A DNA stretch of 63,619 bases from Nemertoderma westbladi (Eukaryota > Animalia > Xenacoelomorpha): assembly GCA_032718475.1 (NCBI GenBank), contig JAUCBJ010001211.1:1-63619 (forward strand), given 5' to 3'. Both the position numbers and the translations under genes were made by a program. Under the pieces are notes generated by a model that was not told where the DNA came from, did not search any database, and was given only the letters and a program-made list of their open reading frames with translations. This document shows positions 60,292 to 63,619 of the stretch, in pieces. The stretch's first letter is position 1. Every line of letters begins with the position of its first letter.

Positions 60292-63164
60292 CCTGAGAGA
60301 TTAGTATAGCGGTTTATTTTAATATAATATAAGGCTACCTAATAATATGGCTCCCGAAACTGTCGACCAATTAACTTGACTAAACCATTCTAGAATAATT
60401 ACTTTGTTTTTTTAGTTTTCAATTTATATATTTATTTTCTGGAACGTATTTTATTGTTTCATGACGAGATTGTCATGAATACTAATGTTTTTACCATATC
60501 CTCAGTCCCAAATGGCCAAAAACTCAATTCTGTGGACATTTTAATGTTGTGTGTTAATTAATAATAAGTCGATCATAAGTGAGTGAGTGAGTCCATAATG
60601 GATTCGGTTGCATTCTCAGTAATTCTAGCCGAAACTATACATAAAACGATTCTCAAGAACACAGGGTTTTTCATTAGTTTGTAGGAAATTAATTGTTTGC
60701 AATTAAGTTCCTTATTTATTTTTAAAATAGGTTTGTATGTATAGAAGCAAAATAGGAAAATGTGAATATTCACTTTCCAGATTGGGGGGGGGGGGGGGGG
60801 GGGGGACTTTCAAGATTCATGGGAAAATCTACGCAAATTATAGCTGATTACTCCTAAATATAATGCTTCTTGTAACCTGCTTTGTTGACCTCTGTTTATT
60901 GTTTTGGTTAGAATAACGTGCCACTGTAACTTGCTCCTTTCCCTTAATTGGTAATTTAACATTGTGGCAATATATTATTAATTCGTCGAAATGGGAATTG
61001 CATCAAGTTCCCCCCACACACCCCTGCTTATATATTGTACTTTCTTCAAATTATATACACATGTTCCCATCTAGTTTCTGCTGTGTGGTAACTGGCATAA
61101 CTGCTGTATCCGTATTATAATACCCGAATTGTTTGTGCGTATTATATAGGCACAGGCAATACAGTCTTAATAAGCAGAAACATTATCGTCTCCAGTGATG
61201 AAAGAAATAAGTAAATATCCAGAGTTCGCACACAAGCAAATATCAATAAAAGCCGTTCGCACTACGTAACAGATTCACAAGAGGAAACAAAATTTTATCA
61301 TATTATGGAGTTAAATATTTGCAGTATTTTGTTCTATTTGACTAATTTACCTGTAATGTGTTTAAATATATTTTGTTGCTTGGAACTTAGGTTGTGTGTT
61401 TGGCGCATACTCTAAGACAGAGTGTTATAAACCCGTTGCGCTAGCTCAACCTAATAGCTATAATAGTAGGTATAGGTTATCTTGCTGTCTTGTGTTTTGA
61501 GGGCAAAGAATGGTAAAGGAGTTCAAAGTCGTTAGAATTGATTAAACTTCTGTTTGTGGGTGTCGACCTTCTTCCGGCGACAAACTTATGGGGCGAGCCA
61601 CGATAAGTGAGCCATTCAGTTGCGGTACAATTAGTGATCACTCTTTGATGAAATGGAACCAAACTTGGAACACATATGAGACTATCAAAAGATTAGAAAT
61701 TCTGAACACAGACAGACTCCTATAGTTCCTCTGTCGGCCGCCAGGGGATCTGACCAGGTCCACTAATTGTACTGCAAAAATAATTGTAAGAATGGTAAAT
61801 ACTGAAATATAATGTATGGGGGGGGGGGGGGGGGTTTAACAGTACGGTACCGATATAGGCCTACATCTTGCTATTTATTATAATATTGGAATTCTTGTTA
61901 ACTACCTATATTTAATTTTCACCCGCTACTTGCTACACCACACGTTTTGGAATTTTAATTTAAAGTTGCCTTTTTGAAAACATTGTCATCTTTCCGAAAA
62001 TTAATATATATTTCGTGTTAGACTCCCCATAATCAGGGAGATATACCTACTTACTTACTTAAGTATACTTTGAATATCATGAAATAATTTCTAACAATTA
62101 TTGTTGAATTTAATTACTGAATCCTGATTCATTTAAATCTCAATACAATACTGATAATTTAAAGTATTTATTTTCAACCCATTTTGTGCTAATCTCCTTC
62201 GTACGGACTCAATACTGAATTAATGATTATATTTTTATTGTAGATATCGTAACAGTTTCAACTGTATCAATGTAGTTCGATAATGATAGCCGATAAAGCT
62301 AATATACTTATTCACTATTTTTTGTTTTCTATTCCTCTAAGTTTATAACAAAATAAATTGCGGGTGGGTTGTGTAACTTTATAAGTAAATCGTTTGTGTT
62401 TGTTGTATTAATCACCTGTCATTATCACCTTATAATGTTGACATTGACATAACGTTATGCTGATAAATGTCACTACTACGTAGCAGTCACATGACGCCGC
62501 TGCGTGAATGACTTGACACATTCACTATGATGTGACAGTAAAAATAGAAGCATGTTATTTTGATTATGTGACGGTGACATTAACACGTATGACTACTGGA
62601 CAAAGACTATTTGACCCAGTGAAATAGAAAGTATCACAACGTTACATTGACAATCTCACTACACAGTGGTTGTTTTAATAATTTGTTTCTAAAATGTCTC
62701 TATATTCATTACATTATGCCACTGACTGACATTATTATCTGTGATATACAAGAATGAGCTTATGAAATGTCTGTTTGTCATTGTTACTATTTAATCCCGG
62801 TTCAGTTTAGGTTTCATAATGTTTATATATAGCTATTATATTGTAATGATAATTTGTCACATGTTTTGAGCATCTATGATTCTAAAGGATTTAATATATC
62901 GCGAAAAACCATTACTATTACGTAATGTATCATTCAAATTAGTGAGAAAAAACACTTAAATCTCGTGGGTCGTAATTTCTCTATCCTTACCGCATTCCCA
63001 CAAGTGGTTCAACTTATGGAAGCTACACGTATGTGGGTGTATTAATTGGACCTTATTATATCATCTACTACCTAATTATCACATGAATGAACACCAATTG
63101 AATTATTTGAAAACTGTAAGGACTTCTTTACTGTAATTAAGTATTCTCTATATCTATATTTATA

Positions 63165-63335
63165 TGTATATCAGGTGAACTCCTCCGAAGCTATTATAGC
63201 TCGTCCGTTAATGAAAGTTACATCAATCGACGCAGCTCAACCCCAGGATGTGGAAAAAAGTTTCGAAAATAACTATTAAAGTGTCTTTTTTTTATTTCAA
63301 ATTAGCCTCATATCACGAAAATTGTCATAGACTCA
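63165..63335 (+). repeat. Interspersed repeat fragment homologous to 32595-32760
   Basis: Direct reverse-complement similarity. Confidence 0.65.
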
Positions 63336-63619
63336 ATGATAGTAACATCAGCTGGTGCTCATGAACTTAAGATAGTAGTGAGGGCCTGGTAATGAATGCT
63401 ATTAAATGTATAGGCCCAAACTGCAGAGAAGTATATTACTTTTCAAGTATTAGTTACTAACTCACTCTCTCCCAGACAATAAGCAAACATCAACTGTTAG
63501 TTTGTAATGTGTTACCCAGTCAGCTGAATAGTTCTTCCTAGTGAATCCTATGGGCATATCTATGTTAGGTGAGAGGCCAGCTGATTGAATTTTAAGCACT
63601 GGTCCGTTCAAATGTTGGC

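Overview
Eukaryotic, most likely animal (invertebrate), genomic DNA that is very rich in mobile elements. 1-~15.45 kb is a decayed Polinton/Maverick (adintovirus-like) provirus. Its + strand carries a core-protein-like ORF, an internally deleted major capsid gene, an adenain protease and a DEDDh-like ORF. Its - strand carries an intact TATA-binding-protein-like ORF and a protein-primed DNA polymerase B broken by mutations and by nested insertions (CACTA-type MITE, CRE non-LTR element, tRNA-SINE, hAT-type MITE). ~15.5-31.15 kb is a decayed BEL/Pao LTR retrotransposon with an extra downstream ORF that has WRN/EXD-like 3'-5' exonuclease motifs, plus a hammerhead-bearing Penelope-like insert. 31-50 kb holds RTE, CR1/L2, BEL, Zator and MITE remnants and satellites. 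51-59.3 kb is an intact 5-exon Rab11 gene whose intron 2 is mostly a ~6.2 kb tandem amplification of the exon-2 end plus its own 5' splice site, followed by one inverted copy of the unit. All family assignments come from motif recognition by eye; no searches were run.
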